From positions 62,001-126,000 of the forward strand of contig CBFDEM010000044.1 of the NCBI GenBank assembly GCA_965603825.1: 64,000 bases of DNA. Reading direction: 5' to 3'. Position 1 is the first letter of the stretch, and every line of letters starts with the position of its first letter. Positions 63,812-64,000 of this stretch are shown here, piece by piece. A program made the translations under genes and the position numbers. Source of the stretch: Blepharisma stoltei ATCC 30299. Taxonomy: Eukaryota; Protista; Ciliophora. Under the pieces are notes generated by a model, which saw nothing but the letters and a program-made list of their open reading frames with translations, did no database searches and was not told where the DNA came from.

Positions 63812-64000
63812 CTAGCAGCATTTTTTCTTTTTCTTTATTGAAGGAGTGCTGCTTTCAGTTAAAAAAACTGAAGTTTTCATATGTTTTGGCGTGCTCACAT
63901 CTTCTCCTGTATCTAGCCTCACAGCCAGATCTTTAAACATTTGTTCGACCCCATAACTTGTTTTTGCACTTACTTTTCTATATATTGCACCTATTGATTT
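63812..64000 (-). CDS. Rab-family small GTPase, C-terminal part (5' end beyond the window)
   Basis: KSIGAIYRKVSAKTSYGVEQMFKDLA...KKKKKCC*: G5 SAK motif and a terminal CC geranylgeranylation signal; absent from the ORF track. Confidence 0.9.
   Translation of the reverse strand, partial: KSIGAIYRKVSAKTSYGVEQMFKDLAVRLDTGEDVSTPKHMKTSVFLTESSTPSIKKKKKCC

Noticed and set aside
63957-63973. gtaagt...aag in the Rab gene as an intron
   Set aside because: It is 17 nt, lacks the TA(9-10)/YAG consensus, and encodes the conserved VSAK G5 motif
3-64000. Mycoplasma, gracilibacterial or mitochondrial origin, suggested by AT richness and UGA readthrough
   Set aside because: The genes are nuclear eukaryotic (CDC23, eIF3b, MAK16, Rab) and contain spliceosomal introns

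Overview
This is a eukaryotic, AT-rich, gene-dense nuclear window, almost certainly macronuclear DNA of a heterotrich ciliate of the Blepharisma type. Two properties visible in the sequence explain why the supplied ORF track is fragmented. (1) TGA is read as Trp: it sits at conserved Trp positions in CDC23, exportin-7, eIF3b and a kinase, and it swaps with TGG between two tandem paralogues. Genes end in TAA or TAG. (2) Genes carry 15-nt GT-AG introns; all 14 found have TA at positions 9-10. Re-read this way, the window holds about 28 genes: a large uncharacterised protein with bacterial-like features (partial), mitochondrial RbfA, a Glu-rich coiled-coil protein, CDC23, exportin-7, two tandem multi-TM PAS proteins, an MDR oxidoreductase, eIF3b, a BTB-SPRY protein, an MFS transporter, a ~4040-aa HECT E3 ligase, NME7, MAK16, SF-assemblin, a tandem array of four small orphan MG-start paralogues, a ciliate ATP-synthase subunit, an AGC kinase, an RRM protein, UBC13, an axonemal-dynein-light-chain-domain protein, a Rab C-terminus and several hypotheticals. 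There is also a possible retrotransposon relic. No rRNA, tRNA, CRISPR array or telomeric repeat was recognised. Family assignments come from motif recognition only; no searches were run.
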